A stretch of DNA of 32,000 nucleotides from Saccharolobus solfataricus (GCF_900079115.1 NZ_LT549890.1:1350001-1382000), one strand, 5' to 3'; shown: positions 1 to 8,705, numbered from the stretch's first letter. The notes: a model not told the origin generated them from the sequence alone. Numbers and translations are program-made.

Positions 1-290
1 TCCTTTTCTCCCACGGTTAATCCGGTCTCATCTACAGCGACTACGTTGATCTCTCCCTTTACTTCTCTGTAGATTGGGTAGAACTTGAAGGTTCTCTGAC
101 CTTTACTAATTACTTTCTCGCCTCGTCTTACTACCTTCAAGTAGTATTTTCCTCTGTTTCCGGTTAGCAAGGATGGTGCTGCTTTCACTATTTCCGGGTC
201 TAGATCTTGAGAGATAACGTTAATATTGTTTGTTGCTAAAGTTATAGCGAGGGACTTCAGCTCCGTTTTGGATACTTGTATGGTTTGCAT
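1..290 (-). CDS. DDE transposase of the ISC1439-like element, N-terminal part (open at window edge)
   Basis: Minus-strand ATG at 290. It reads MQTIQVSKTELK...EINVVAVDETGLTVGEK without interruption across the site that is frameshifted in the second copy. AVDETG looks like the first DDE aspartate motif. The ORF track omits it because it is open-ended. Confidence 0.7.
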   Translation of the reverse strand, partial: MQTIQVSKTELKSLAITLATNNINVISQDLDPEIVKAAPSLLTGNRGKYYLKVVRRGEKVISKGQRTFKFYPIYREVKGEINVVAVDETGLTVGEK

Positions 291-544
291 AACGGAGTTA
301 TGGAGTCCCTCGCTTTAACCTTTTCTTGTTCATCTCGTCCTTCCACCTACTTTCCTCTATTGATAATACTAGACAAATGGTATTACTCTTTATATATAAA
401 CTCGTTTTCTGTTAGTTTCTTCAACAAATATGAAAATTTTTTGCTTCTTGTGTTGAAATAAGCCGATTTTTCTAACTCCGCTCTGATATTTTTCTCTTCC
501 ATAGAAATTGTATCATTTTGAGTAAAATTGGTGAAACACCACTG
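1..544 (-). mobile_element. Partial ISC1439-like insertion sequence (right-hand 544 bp; continues past the left window edge)
   Basis: 1-544 is colinear with 6714-7253 apart from a few SNPs and a 4-bp indel at 37-40. It ends in the same terminal inverted repeat, TTGGTGAAACACCACTG (528-544). Confidence 0.85.
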
Positions 545-578
545 AAGAGTTATTAAGTTGGGAAACCAATAAAATATT

Positions 579-1912
579 ATGATTCTTGGCACTTTAGGCT
601 CAGATAAGTCAGTTACTACAGTTGACGCTATAATGACTGAGATTTTCACAGGGATTAAGCTGGATGAAATAAGGATCTATAGGGAAGACGCTAATACCAA
701 ACCGGACTTCGTAACAAAAATGAAGGATGCGTAAAAATTCTCAATATAAACGCTGAAATTGTAGAAAGAGTCTTGGGAGATGATATATTGGACTGGAAAA
801 ATAAAATATCAAATGAAAAAATAAATGTATTAGATATTACACCAGGAAGGAAATACATGGCTATTATAGGAAGCAACTACGTCCAAGCAGATGAAGTCAG
901 ATATGCATATCTAAAAGATGAACGTAAAGGGTATCACTAGTGCTTTCAGAAAGTTTATAGCTTTAGGCAAAGGATATACCATTAGATCATAGTCTAAGAA
1001 CTTTTCCAAAATACTAACGTTTTTGGTTATGTACCCCTCTCAGAAATAAAAGTTTATGATATAAGGAAAGGGAGGAAAGTTGAGTACGATCCCCCATTAA
1101 CTAGAAAGTGTGAGGGGGATGAGTGCGTATCGTCACTAGATAGTGAGGGATTAACTGCACTTTACAACCTTCTTTCCATGCACGGAAATGCAGATGTTAA
1201 ATTCGGTAATGAAAGTGTATTTGATTTGGCAAGGGGCAGTAGTACAAATGACGAACTTTTAAACATTTGTATGATTAGGTCTGGGTTTAAAAAGTTTGAA
1301 GAAGAGAAAGAGATACAAAATACTGATGGTTTTTTCATAGCTGATACTAGCGTTTACATCAAATTGGGTAATAGACTAGGTTATCTTACAAAGGATAGGC
1401 TATTGGCTTCTAAAAGTGTGTACAACGAGTTGTCGGAGAGGACTAAATTAACGCAAATGGGAAAAGAAATAATAGTCTTCTATTTGGGAATGTACTCTTA
1501 CAGACATTTACATAAAAGTCCTCCGGTAAGTGAGTATAATAAGAGTGGCGATATTCCTTTAATTGAAGAAACTAGAAAGATTAAGGAAAACATACCTGAA
1601 AAGGTTACGTTAATTACTGCTGATAGGCAACTGAAACAGAGAGCTAGAACGCTTGGTGTTAACGTCATTTTTCTTAATACCTTGAAGAGTGATTCGGGAA
1701 ATATGAGTGAATTACTATTATGTGCTAGTAATAGGCGGGAGTATATGGAAAAATACGATTATGCAAGAAGGGACTTAACTATAACTATTAATGATAAAGA
1801 AGTAATCAAAATTGAGTCTGATCCAACCAAGGAAGGGTTTTCAAGAATAAAGACGTTAAATAAGGAATTTAACTATGCGAAATTAATAGAGAAACTTTAT
1901 GAAATGATTTAG
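579..1912 (+). pseudogene. Decayed CARF-PIN fusion gene (putative cyclic-oligoadenylate-responsive PIN RNase)
   Basis: The N-terminus MILGTLGSDKS... plus LDITPGRKYMA resembles the Rossmann-like CARF core (DxTxGxK-type loop). The C-terminal half has PIN acidic motifs (FFIADTSVYI, VYNELSE, LITADRQLKQRARTLGVNVIFL). The frame shifts from 0 to 2 between 695 and 731 (stop at 732-734; A5 run at 716-720). An 87-bp element at 935-1021 introduces a TAG. Upstream and downstream parts share the same absolute frame as ORF 1178-1912. Confidence 0.55.
935..1021 (+). mobile_element. 87-bp MITE-like element, copy A (inserted in the CARF-PIN gene)
   Basis: CACTAGTGCTTTCAGAAAGTTTATAGC...AAAATACTAACGTT. It is near-identical to 24320-24406 and to the reverse complement of 5118-5203. 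The ends form an imperfect inverted repeat (ACTAGTGCTTTCAGAAAGTT vs the reverse complement GTTAGTATTTTGGAAAAGTT). Confidence 0.75.
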
Positions 1913-2055
1913 TTAGTAGTAAAAATGATGAATTTTTATAAAGATAAATACGTATATCATGCGTATAAGGAAAATGAGTTATAAGAGTTGAAAAATAGGT
2001 GAGGTTAGATGAAGTATTGCGTTAGTTACTCTTTTATAAAGATTTTTTGCTTAAA

Positions 2056-3092
2056 TGCTTTGTGGATTGCTTCAGAATTGTACAAAAAGTTTATAAATTA
2101 TTCGTTTAAGTATTACCTATGGGAAAGAGTAAGTACAAGAGGGACTGGAGCAAGTACGACGAGAACGTCATAACTAGATATAAGTTGATGTTCCCCTTCT
2201 ACGTATTCGAACATTGGTGGGACTTATTAGCAGAGGAGAACAGGAACGCTAGGACAAAGTATAAAGCTCCGAAGGAGTTCAACGAATTCCTAGCATTCTT
2301 ACACATCTTCCTACCTTACAGAGCAATAGAAGGAGTATTGAGAGCCTTAGAACAATTGAAGATCATCCCCACAAGCCTCGATTACTCAACAATATGGGAG
2401 AGAGTGAGGAACATGAACATAACCTTCCCCGAGGCAAGTGACGAACTTGAAGTAATTGCAGACGCTACCGGCATTGGCACAAACACGGGAGGACAATATA
2501 TTGTTGCCAAGTGGGGGAAGACTAGGGATTCAAAATTCCTCAAGATCGAGATAGTAATGGACAATAACGAATTCAACGTGGTAAACGCTGAGGTCACTAG
2601 CAACGAGGTTGAAAGTGTAAAAACAGTTAAGGATCTTCAAGATAAGGGAAAGAAGTTTTATGGAGATAAGGCATATGACGCCAATGAGGTTTACAAGACC
2701 GGAGTTGAGGTTGTAGTTCCTCCCAAGAAGAACGCTTCTACTAAACGCCATCTTGCTAGACGTAAGGCTGTGCGGGAGTTTAGGAAGTTGGGTTATGATC
2801 GTTGGAGGGAGGAGAAGGGTTATGGCGTTAGGTGGCGGGTCGAGTCCTTGTTCTCTGTGAAGCGTACTTTTGGGGAATCGGTTAGACAAGTTTTGCTGGG
2901 CAAGTAGTTGAGGCTAAGCTCAAGTTCTGGGCTTACGCGTGGATGGTTCACTTGGCGAATTCTGTAGTCGGTAGGGCTCCGGGCATTAGGGTGTAAGCTT
3001 GAGAGGAACGTTGAAATAAATATTAATTACTGAAAAAATTAGTGTTATACAATATCGTTTTAATGAGACAAATTGAACGAATCAACAAAGTA
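2056..3092 (+). mobile_element. IS5-family insertion sequence (ISC1058-like)
   Basis: Imperfect terminal inverted repeats: TGCTTTGTGGATTGCTTCAGAATT at 2056 and AATTGAACGAATCAACAAAGTA ending at 3092. Flanked by the direct repeat GCTTAAA (2049-2055 and 3093-3099). Encodes a DDE transposase. Confidence 0.7.
2119..2996 (+). pseudogene. IS5-family DDE transposase with a C-terminal frameshift
   Basis: ORF 2119-2907 carries YGDKAYD (second D) and RWRVESLFSVKRTFG (E). The expected C-terminus SFAGQVVEAKLKFWAYAWMVHLANSVVGRAPGIRV continues in the -1 frame from 2886 to the stop at 2994-2996, which implies a 1-nt indel between 2886 and 2907. Confidence 0.6.
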
Positions 3093-3379
3093 GCTTAAAA
3101 AGGTGGATAAATGTTAGCTCGCTATTATTGAAAATCCGACATTGAAGTATATTGGCTTAAAGTATTACATACTAATTTTTATGTGAAATATCGAAGATAG
3201 ATACAATCGGAATGGTGTTTTCAACAATATTTCAAAGGGGTTAGGTAAGATCTAAGGGGCTATACTTTGAATTTGGTATTTTCAATAATTTTTTGCTCCA
3301 CCTAGTTGCCCGAACATTGGGGTTACTGTGTCGATATAAACTATTGTAGCCCAAGGATATTTGTTAGTTAGAAAATTAA

Positions 3380-3982
3380 TTGTTAATCCTTTGCGTGAAC
3401 CACAAGGTACAAATACCTGTAAAAGTAAAGTATAATATAATGGCTTACATAACTGATGACTTTGAGTTCTGGGCTTGGGTGAGTAGTGAGCCTAAAGTGA
3501 TGAGGATGTTTAATGAATTGGAAAAAGCTTTCAAAAGATTTGAAGGTTCATTAATGTCTTTAGGTTATAATTACATATATCTAGATGTTTTTCCCTTTGA
3601 TCAGAGAAGGATAACTGTTGTATTTGGTGAATACGAACCGCTACCCGTTGATGAGCTTGAGGGTAAGGAGGAAGAACGTGTCATGAAGGAACGTGAAAAT
3701 TACTTTTCGATTACTTTTGATAATATTACTCCATCTCCGATAGAACAACCTACTTTGCTATCATATGAAGTGTATGCAATGTGGTGGCTCCATCACGAGG
3801 TTCCTGAGGAAAGTGATTTCGTTAATTTGGAAGGAATTGTTGAGAAGGGATTATTTCATTGCGTGAATGGAGACAAGCGAGAGGGTAAGTCTCAGACGAA
3901 ATACCTCTTGGACTTAGGGGAATGCTATAATAATTTAATAAAAGTAGTGAATAAAAGGGACTTTAAATTCCCCTTAATGTAA
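3380..3982 (+). CDS. Hypothetical acidic protein (start probably the ATG at 3440, MAYITDD...)
   Basis: Long ORF in the local AT-rich codon style with no recognisable motif. Visibly rich in D/E. Confidence 0.5.
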   Translation: MLILCVNHKVQIPVKVKYNIMAYITDDFEFWAWVSSEPKVMRMFNELEKAFKRFEGSLMSLGYNYIYLDVFPFDQRRITVVFGEYEPLPVDELEGKEEERVMKERENYFSITFDNITPSPIEQPTLLSYEVYAMWWLHHEVPEESDFVNLEGIVEKGLFHCVNGDKREGKSQTKYLLDLGECYNNLIKVVNKRDFKFPLM

Positions 3983-4005
3983 AAGGGATATAATTTTCCA
4001 ATAGA

Positions 4006-4015
4006 TTTAAAATAT
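4006..4015 (+). promoter_or_regulatory. TATA-box-like element for ORF 4034
   Basis: TTTAAAATAT is centred about 24 nt upstream of the ATG at 4034. That spacing is typical of leaderless Sulfolobales mRNAs. Confidence 0.3.
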
Positions 4016-4033
4016 GTTTCTTTTTAATCTTTA

Positions 4034-4453
4034 ATGATGTCTACTAGCGGATTTTATCAACGATCTAGGAGGGCAATAATTTATGAAACTGATTCTCTTT
4101 TCAGATATACGACTGAGGCTGAGTTAAAATTCGTAATCGAGAAAGGAGTAATTATGTCTTACAATCCAAAGGGTACATATTTGACAAATTTGTTTACTGA
4201 TGACCCAAATGTTGCTGTGAAAATGTTAGCCCTATCTAAGCTTCCTCGATATAGAATTGGTCCCATTTCCATGAGTAAAAAGTTATTTTCTAAAGTTAAG
4301 TATGTAGGCATTGTGACGCCAAAAGGAAAAAGTAGGGGAGGAGCAAAGGAATACGTTTTTACTGATCCCATAATTATTGATGTAGAGAACCTTTACGTTT
4401 ACGACTTTAAAGATAGAAGAACATATACAATTCGTTTACCCTCTATTCATTGA
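4034..4453 (+). CDS. Hypothetical basic protein; weak resemblance to HYD1-type ADP-ribosyltransferase-like toxin domains
   Basis: 139-aa ORF. LFRYTTEAELKFVIEKGVI...KGTYLTNLFTDD resembles the (H/R)YT...G.Y.T pattern as I recall it. K/R-rich. Has its own TATA-like box. Confidence 0.5.
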   Translation: MMSTSGFYQRSRRAIIYETDSLFRYTTEAELKFVIEKGVIMSYNPKGTYLTNLFTDDPNVAVKMLALSKLPRYRIGPISMSKKLFSKVKYVGIVTPKGKSRGGAKEYVFTDPIIIDVENLYVYDFKDRRTYTIRLPSIH

Positions 4454-4503
4454 GACATTATTTGAAACAGTAAGAGGTTAAATAGTTAAAATACGTAAGT
4501 TAA

Positions 4504-4560
4504 GGGCGATTCACGGATCCACTGCGATTTCAATTTGTTTCTCTAAAAATAGATAAGAAT
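4504..4560 (+). repeat. Truncated, diverged copy of the 163-bp MITE family (left end only)
   Basis: GGGCGATTCACGGATCCACTGCGATTTCAATTTGTTT aligns with the GGGCGATTCAGTTATCCGTTGCGAATTCACTTTATTTT end of the 12279-12441 element. Confidence 0.45.
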
Positions 4561-4614
4561 AATTGATTCTACATTTTCGGTAATACTAATAAGGGACGAG
4601 CGTTAGGTAATATC

Positions 4615-5151
4615 ATGGACCTGTTAACTGCGAATGAGATAACCCTCTACGGCATTCAGCTAAAGGAGCTCATAGAGGGACCCGGACAGAGCTTAACCCT
4701 CACACTCGCCCCCAAGATATTATCCGATGACGCATTATTAAACAAATCGGTCCAAGAGATCGAGAAGATGGCCTTGGAGGAGGCTGAGAAGAGGAGTCCC
4801 AACTACCGGAGGGGTAAGGAGGTGAAGAGGAAGGGTTACGCGAGGTACAGGTTCTTGAAGGGGTTTAAGATCATGTTAGAAGGGAGAGAAGTCATTTACA
4901 AGTTAGAGTGGATCTCGGTGGAGTTGCCCGTACTTTACGGGATTAAGGGAAGGGTGAAGACTCAAGTGGAGGAGACTTTGCTGAGGAAGGAGAGGAAGGT
5001 CTTCGCGACCTTGATGTTGGTCTATTCTGTGCTGGGAGGTAAGTTGAACGCAAAGCTCTGGATGCCTCAGATCGAAGTGAGTGGCAATTTCAAGTATGTA
5101 ATAGTTGATGGGAAATGCGTTAGTATTTTGGAAAAGTTCTTAAGACTATGA
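4615..5151 (+). CDS. GC-richer orphan ORF fragment; its 3' end runs into a MITE, so it is probably truncated
   Basis: 178-aa ORF, visibly more GC-rich than its surroundings. The last ~11 codons (SILEKFLRL) are encoded by the 87-bp MITE copy at 5118-5203. No motif recognised. Confidence 0.35.
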   Translation: MDLLTANEITLYGIQLKELIEGPGQSLTLTLAPKILSDDALLNKSVQEIEKMALEEAEKRSPNYRRGKEVKRKGYARYRFLKGFKIMLEGREVIYKLEWISVELPVLYGIKGRVKTQVEETLLRKERKVFATLMLVYSVLGGKLNAKLWMPQIEVSGNFKYVIVDGKCVSILEKFLRL

Positions 5152-5203
5152 TCTAGTGGTATATCCTTTGCCTAAAGCTATAAACTTTCTGAAAGCACTA
5201 GTG
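5118..5203 (-). mobile_element. 87-bp MITE-like element, copy B
   Basis: The reverse complement matches copies A and C over essentially its full length. It abuts and truncates the IS110-type transposase fragment at 5203/5204. Confidence 0.7.
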
Positions 5204-5428
5204 TAGGTAGAAGAAGTACGGTCCGATTGACTCCATTATCCCTTCCTTATATTCGCCAAGGAATTTGATTAGTTCTTCTATTCCCTCGTTGTCGTACTTG
5301 AATTCCCTCACCTCGTTGACCTCTACTTCCCTTTTCTCTTGCGTTATTACAAGTTCAGCTTTCGCTACCGTCAACTTGTCCCTTGAAACGTCTATTGCGA
5401 AACCCCTTGTCTTAATCTCACTTTCCAT
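5198..5428 (-). pseudogene. IS110-family transposase, N-terminal fragment only
   Basis: RGFAIDVSRDKLTVA...FKYDNEGIEELIKFL...MESIGPYFFYL matches the IS110 N-terminal pattern (GIDVSKdkl ... f.n...G...L ... mEsTG.Y). The ORF ends inside the MITE and the remainder of the gene is absent. Confidence 0.6.
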
Positions 5429-5809
5429 GATAGAATATTACTCGTGTATGCGAGATATTCTTTACTATCATAATACCACGTTTTTCTCGCATAATATTAA
5501 CTACCTTCAGCCCCTAGAAAAATTTACTTGCGCACTCCTACTCGGGGTTTTGTCCCCTCTTGTTAGATCGTTCTAGGGGCTTCACAGCCAGCCTATTATC
5601 TGGGGTTTTTATCCCCATGTTGCGACTGGGCTTATGTTGTTTTTCTCCTTCCTTGCTTATTTGTTTTTCTCTTGTAATACTTGTTTTTACTAGTTCTCTA
5701 GTTTTGCGTGAATTCCCCGTAGGAGATGCGAAGGAGAAATTAATATTTCCCAATACAAAATATAGAAGAACACTCGAATAAGTCTGAATAGTTAAGGATA
5801 TGTATATTA

Positions 5810-5818
5810 AAAGAAAAC
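5810..5818. repeat. Target-site duplication (left) of the ISC1439-like element
   Basis: AAAGAAAAC immediately precedes the left IR. The identical 9-mer follows the right IR at 7254-7262. Confidence 0.85.
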
Positions 5819-7253
5819 CAGTGGTGTTTCACCAAATTATTTCATATGAAAGATATAATATTAGCCCTTTCAAAAAGAGATTGATATAGAGAAAAACAAT
5901 AAAATTATTATGAAACATAACATGTTAAGGTAATTTGCAAAAAATATAGCGTACAATTCTAATAATAAGAGGAGAATTCTGAATTTTTCTCACGTGGTGA
6001 AAACGACGTGCATAGTCTCCTCTGAACACCGAGAAAGTTAGAGAAGCTTGACGAATGAATCGAAGGACAAACCCTTCTTACACGTGGACTTGAAGTTAAA
6101 GAGAAGATGATTCACTAGATTCCACGCAGAATCCAGAACCGTGTAATAGAGGAACAAGAAGATCTTATTACTCAACTTCCTAACATACCTTATCCTTGCC
6201 TTCCTAACCTTGAAACCCTCCTCAACCTGCCACCTCAACCTATAGAGTTCAGCCAGTTCATAGGGATCTCCCTCGAAGTTCGTCACGAACATAAAGTGCC
6301 TCGGCTTTCCCTTAACGTAAACCACATCGTAATAATAAAGCCCTTCAAATTTCAAGACCCTATACGCAACGTAAACCCTGTCCTTAACCTCGTATCTCTT
6401 CTCAACTAATGGAACGTTAGATAGTTCCTTGAATCCCTTCAAGTTCGACTTTCCTCTCACAATGGTCTTCACGGGCATTTCCTTGATGACCCCTAGGTTC
6501 AAGAATCCGGCGTCAGCTACAACGTAATCTATTTCCATGTATTGGCTTACTTCCATCACGCTCCTGAGTAGGAACTGTGATGGACTGTCGCTTCTCAAAT
6601 CTGCTATCTCCACTAGGAGGGGTAACCTTAAGGGATATACGAGGTCCAAGGATCTCATCTTTATTCCTTTTCTCTTCCAGTTGTAGAGTAGAAAGCCCTC
6701 TGCTTTTTCTTGTTCCTTTTCTCCCACGGTTAATCCGGTCTCATCTACACTACGTTGATCTCTCCCTTTACTTCTCTGTAGATTGGGTAGAACTTGAAGG
6801 TTCTCTGACCTTTACTAATTACTTTCTCGCCTTGTCTTACTACCTTCAAGTAGTATTTTCCTCTGTTTCCGGTTAGCAAGGATGGTGCTGCTTTCACTAT
6901 TTCCAAGTCTAGATCTTGAGAGATAACGTTAATATTGTTTGTTGCTAAAGTTATAGCGAGGGACTTCAGCTCCGTTTTGGATACTTGTATGGTTTGCATA
7001 ACGGAGTTATGGAGTCCCTCGCTTTAACCTTTTCTTGTTCATCTCGTCCTTCCACCTACTCTCTCTCATTGATAATACTAGACAAATGGTATTACTCTTT
7101 ATATATAAACTCGTTTTCTGTTAGTTTCTTCAACAAATATGAAAATTTTTTGCTTCTTGTGTTGAAATAAGCCGATTTTTCTAACTCCGCTCTGATATTT
7201 TTCTCTTCCATAGAAATTGTATCATTTTGAGTAAAATTGGTGAAACACCACTG
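5819..7253 (-). mobile_element. Full-length ISC1439-like insertion sequence (1435 bp; 1439 bp if the 4-bp deletion is restored)
   Basis: Perfect 17-bp terminal inverted repeats: CAGTGGTGTTTCACCAA (5819-5835) and TTGGTGAAACACCACTG (7237-7253). 9-bp direct repeats flank it. Encodes a DDE transposase. Confidence 0.9.
6038..6999 (-). pseudogene. ISC1439-like transposase split by a 4-bp deletion
   Basis: ORFs 6745-6999 and 6038-6727 are one gene in copy 1. Copy 2 lacks GCGA (copy 1 positions 37-40; site 6749/6750), which creates a stop directly before the AVDETG motif. Downstream motifs are VVADAGF and RWQVEEGFKVRK. Confidence 0.8.
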
Positions 7254-7262
7254 AAAGAAAAC
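7254..7262. repeat. Target-site duplication (right) of the ISC1439-like element
   Basis: AAAGAAAAC, identical to 5810-5818. Confidence 0.85.
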
Positions 7263-7342
7263 TTTATTTAACTTTTGGATTTGCCATTATATTGAAAGAC
7301 CTAAACGCATTTTTAAATCCATTGATACTTAGACTATCAAGA

Positions 7343-7351
7343 TTTTTTAAA
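7343..7351 (+). promoter_or_regulatory. TATA-box-like element for the ATPase gene
   Basis: TTTTTTAAA is centred about 27 nt upstream of the ATG at 7374. Confidence 0.35.
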
Positions 7352-7373
7352 CCCTTTGATATTCTAAGTATCA

Positions 7374-8603
7374 ATGGAAGAAAACATTTGGTGGAGAGGG
7401 AAGGACTATATAGAGGAAGATGAAGATATTAAGAAGTGGAACTCTGCTAAATTTAAGTGGATTCCAAAGGAAATAAACAAGATCTCTCTTCAACCCTTCT
7501 CCTTGAACTTTATCGTAGGCCCTAGACAAGTTGGAAAGACCACTCTGATAAAACTCCTAATTAAGAAGCTACTTGAGTCGAATCACAACCCCTTATCAAT
7601 ATTCTACTGTAGTTGCGACCTCGTGTCCGATTACGAAGAACTATTGAAAAGGACAAGGGACTATCTAAAAATTAGGAAGCAGGAGGGCATTAAATCCTCA
7701 TTCATTTTCCTTGATGAGGTCACTTTTGTTAAGGAGTGGTATAGAGCAGTAAAGCACTTAATTGATACCGGTGAACTAACAAGCGATGTAGTTACGGTTT
7801 CAGGTTCAAGTTCATTAACGATTCTAAAGCAGAAAGAGAGTTTTCCCGGTAGGAGGGGAAATGGAACTGATGTAATCTTGTACCCTCTCAGCTTCTCTGG
7901 TTATATTAACGTAATTAATCCGAAAATTGAAGTCAGACCAGGTTGGTATAGTGAAATTGAAGAACTCTTTGAGAGTTATCTAAAGGTAGGAGGACTACCC
8001 CCGTCGATTAACGGTCTGTCTCCACTGAAAACATATACAGAGTGGATCATTTATGAGATAAATAGGGTAGGAAGAGATGAGATGCTCGCTAAGCAGATAC
8101 TTTCCGCAGTCCTCTCAACGACACCTAGTAAGGTGAGCTATAACTCAATTGCCAAAGAGATAGGAGTAAATCACAGAACTGTTGCGGAGTATATTAAGCT
8201 CTTTAATGATATGTTTTTGACCTTAACACTTCACTTCATAGATGTTAATACCGGTTACTATAACTACAGAAAGCAGATTAAGATACACTTTGTAGACCCG
8301 CTGTTTTATGACGTAATGTCTACATGGACTGGAGTCAAGAGACCAGATGATCCAATAATCGTAGAGGGGATAGTTGCATCGCATCTCTCGAGAATTTACA
8401 GCATAGGTTATACTGAGGTGGGGAAGGAGGAGATAGACGTCGTAACACTGCCAGAAGTTATCGGCTACGAAGTAAAATACAGAGAGAGGACAAAACAGGT
8501 AAAAGTTATTGCTGGAAAGATGAAGAAAGTGATCACATTATCAAAGCACGGAGAAAACGACACATTCCCGGTTCATTTATTCCTCGCCGAGTTAAATATA
8601 TGA
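7374..8603 (+). CDS. AAA+ ATPase of the archaeal AAA_14/DUF4143 type
   Basis: Walker A GPRQVGKTT and Walker B FIFLDEV, followed by a long C-terminal domain as in COG1373-type ATPases. Confidence 0.75.
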   Translation: MEENIWWRGKDYIEEDEDIKKWNSAKFKWIPKEINKISLQPFSLNFIVGPRQVGKTTLIKLLIKKLLESNHNPLSIFYCSCDLVSDYEELLKRTRDYLKIRKQEGIKSSFIFLDEVTFVKEWYRAVKHLIDTGELTSDVVTVSGSSSLTILKQKESFPGRRGNGTDVILYPLSFSGYINVINPKIEVRPGWYSEIEELFESYLKVGGLPPSINGLSPLKTYTEWIIYEINRVGRDEMLAKQILSAVLSTTPSKVSYNSIAKEIGVNHRTVAEYIKLFNDMFLTLTLHFIDVNTGYYNYRKQIKIHFVDPLFYDVMSTWTGVKRPDDPIIVEGIVASHLSRIYSIGYTEVGKEEIDVVTLPEVIGYEVKYRERTKQVKVIAGKMKKVITLSKHGENDTFPVHLFLAELNI

Positions 8604-8705
8604 AAATCTTTTAAGAAATTTTCATTTACTTCGACTCTTTTTTAGTAATATTGACTTTTGTACAAATAATCAATTGTCAGAAAATCCGTCATTTGGAAAT
8701 CGACT

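Noticed and set aside
276-876. ORFs 276-461 (+), 383-649 (-) and 691-876 (-), plus the duplicate 6985-7170 (+)
   Set aside because: The first and last lie in the IS non-coding end, opposite the transposase start. The two minus-strand ORFs run antisense to the reconstructed CARF-PIN reading frame. None has motifs.
1925-1931. C-box-like ATGATGA strings (1925, 12103-12109 on the minus strand, 23391) as C/D-box sRNA candidates
   Set aside because: No correctly spaced CUGA D box or terminal stem was found, and one of them is the start of a coding region.
2382-2889. Minus-strand ORFs 2382-2603 and 2530-2889
   Set aside because: They lie antisense inside the IS5 transposase gene, have low-complexity translations and no independent signals. 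These are shadow ORFs.
5265-5781. ORFs 5265-5576 (+), 5538-5753 (-) and 5560-5781 (+)
   Set aside because: They overlap one another in the IS110 leader or antisense to the transposase fragment. Their translations are low-complexity S/L/F-rich. The region is better explained as structured non-coding DNA.
6577-6876. ORF 6577-6876 (+)
   Set aside because: Antisense to the ISC1439-like transposase.
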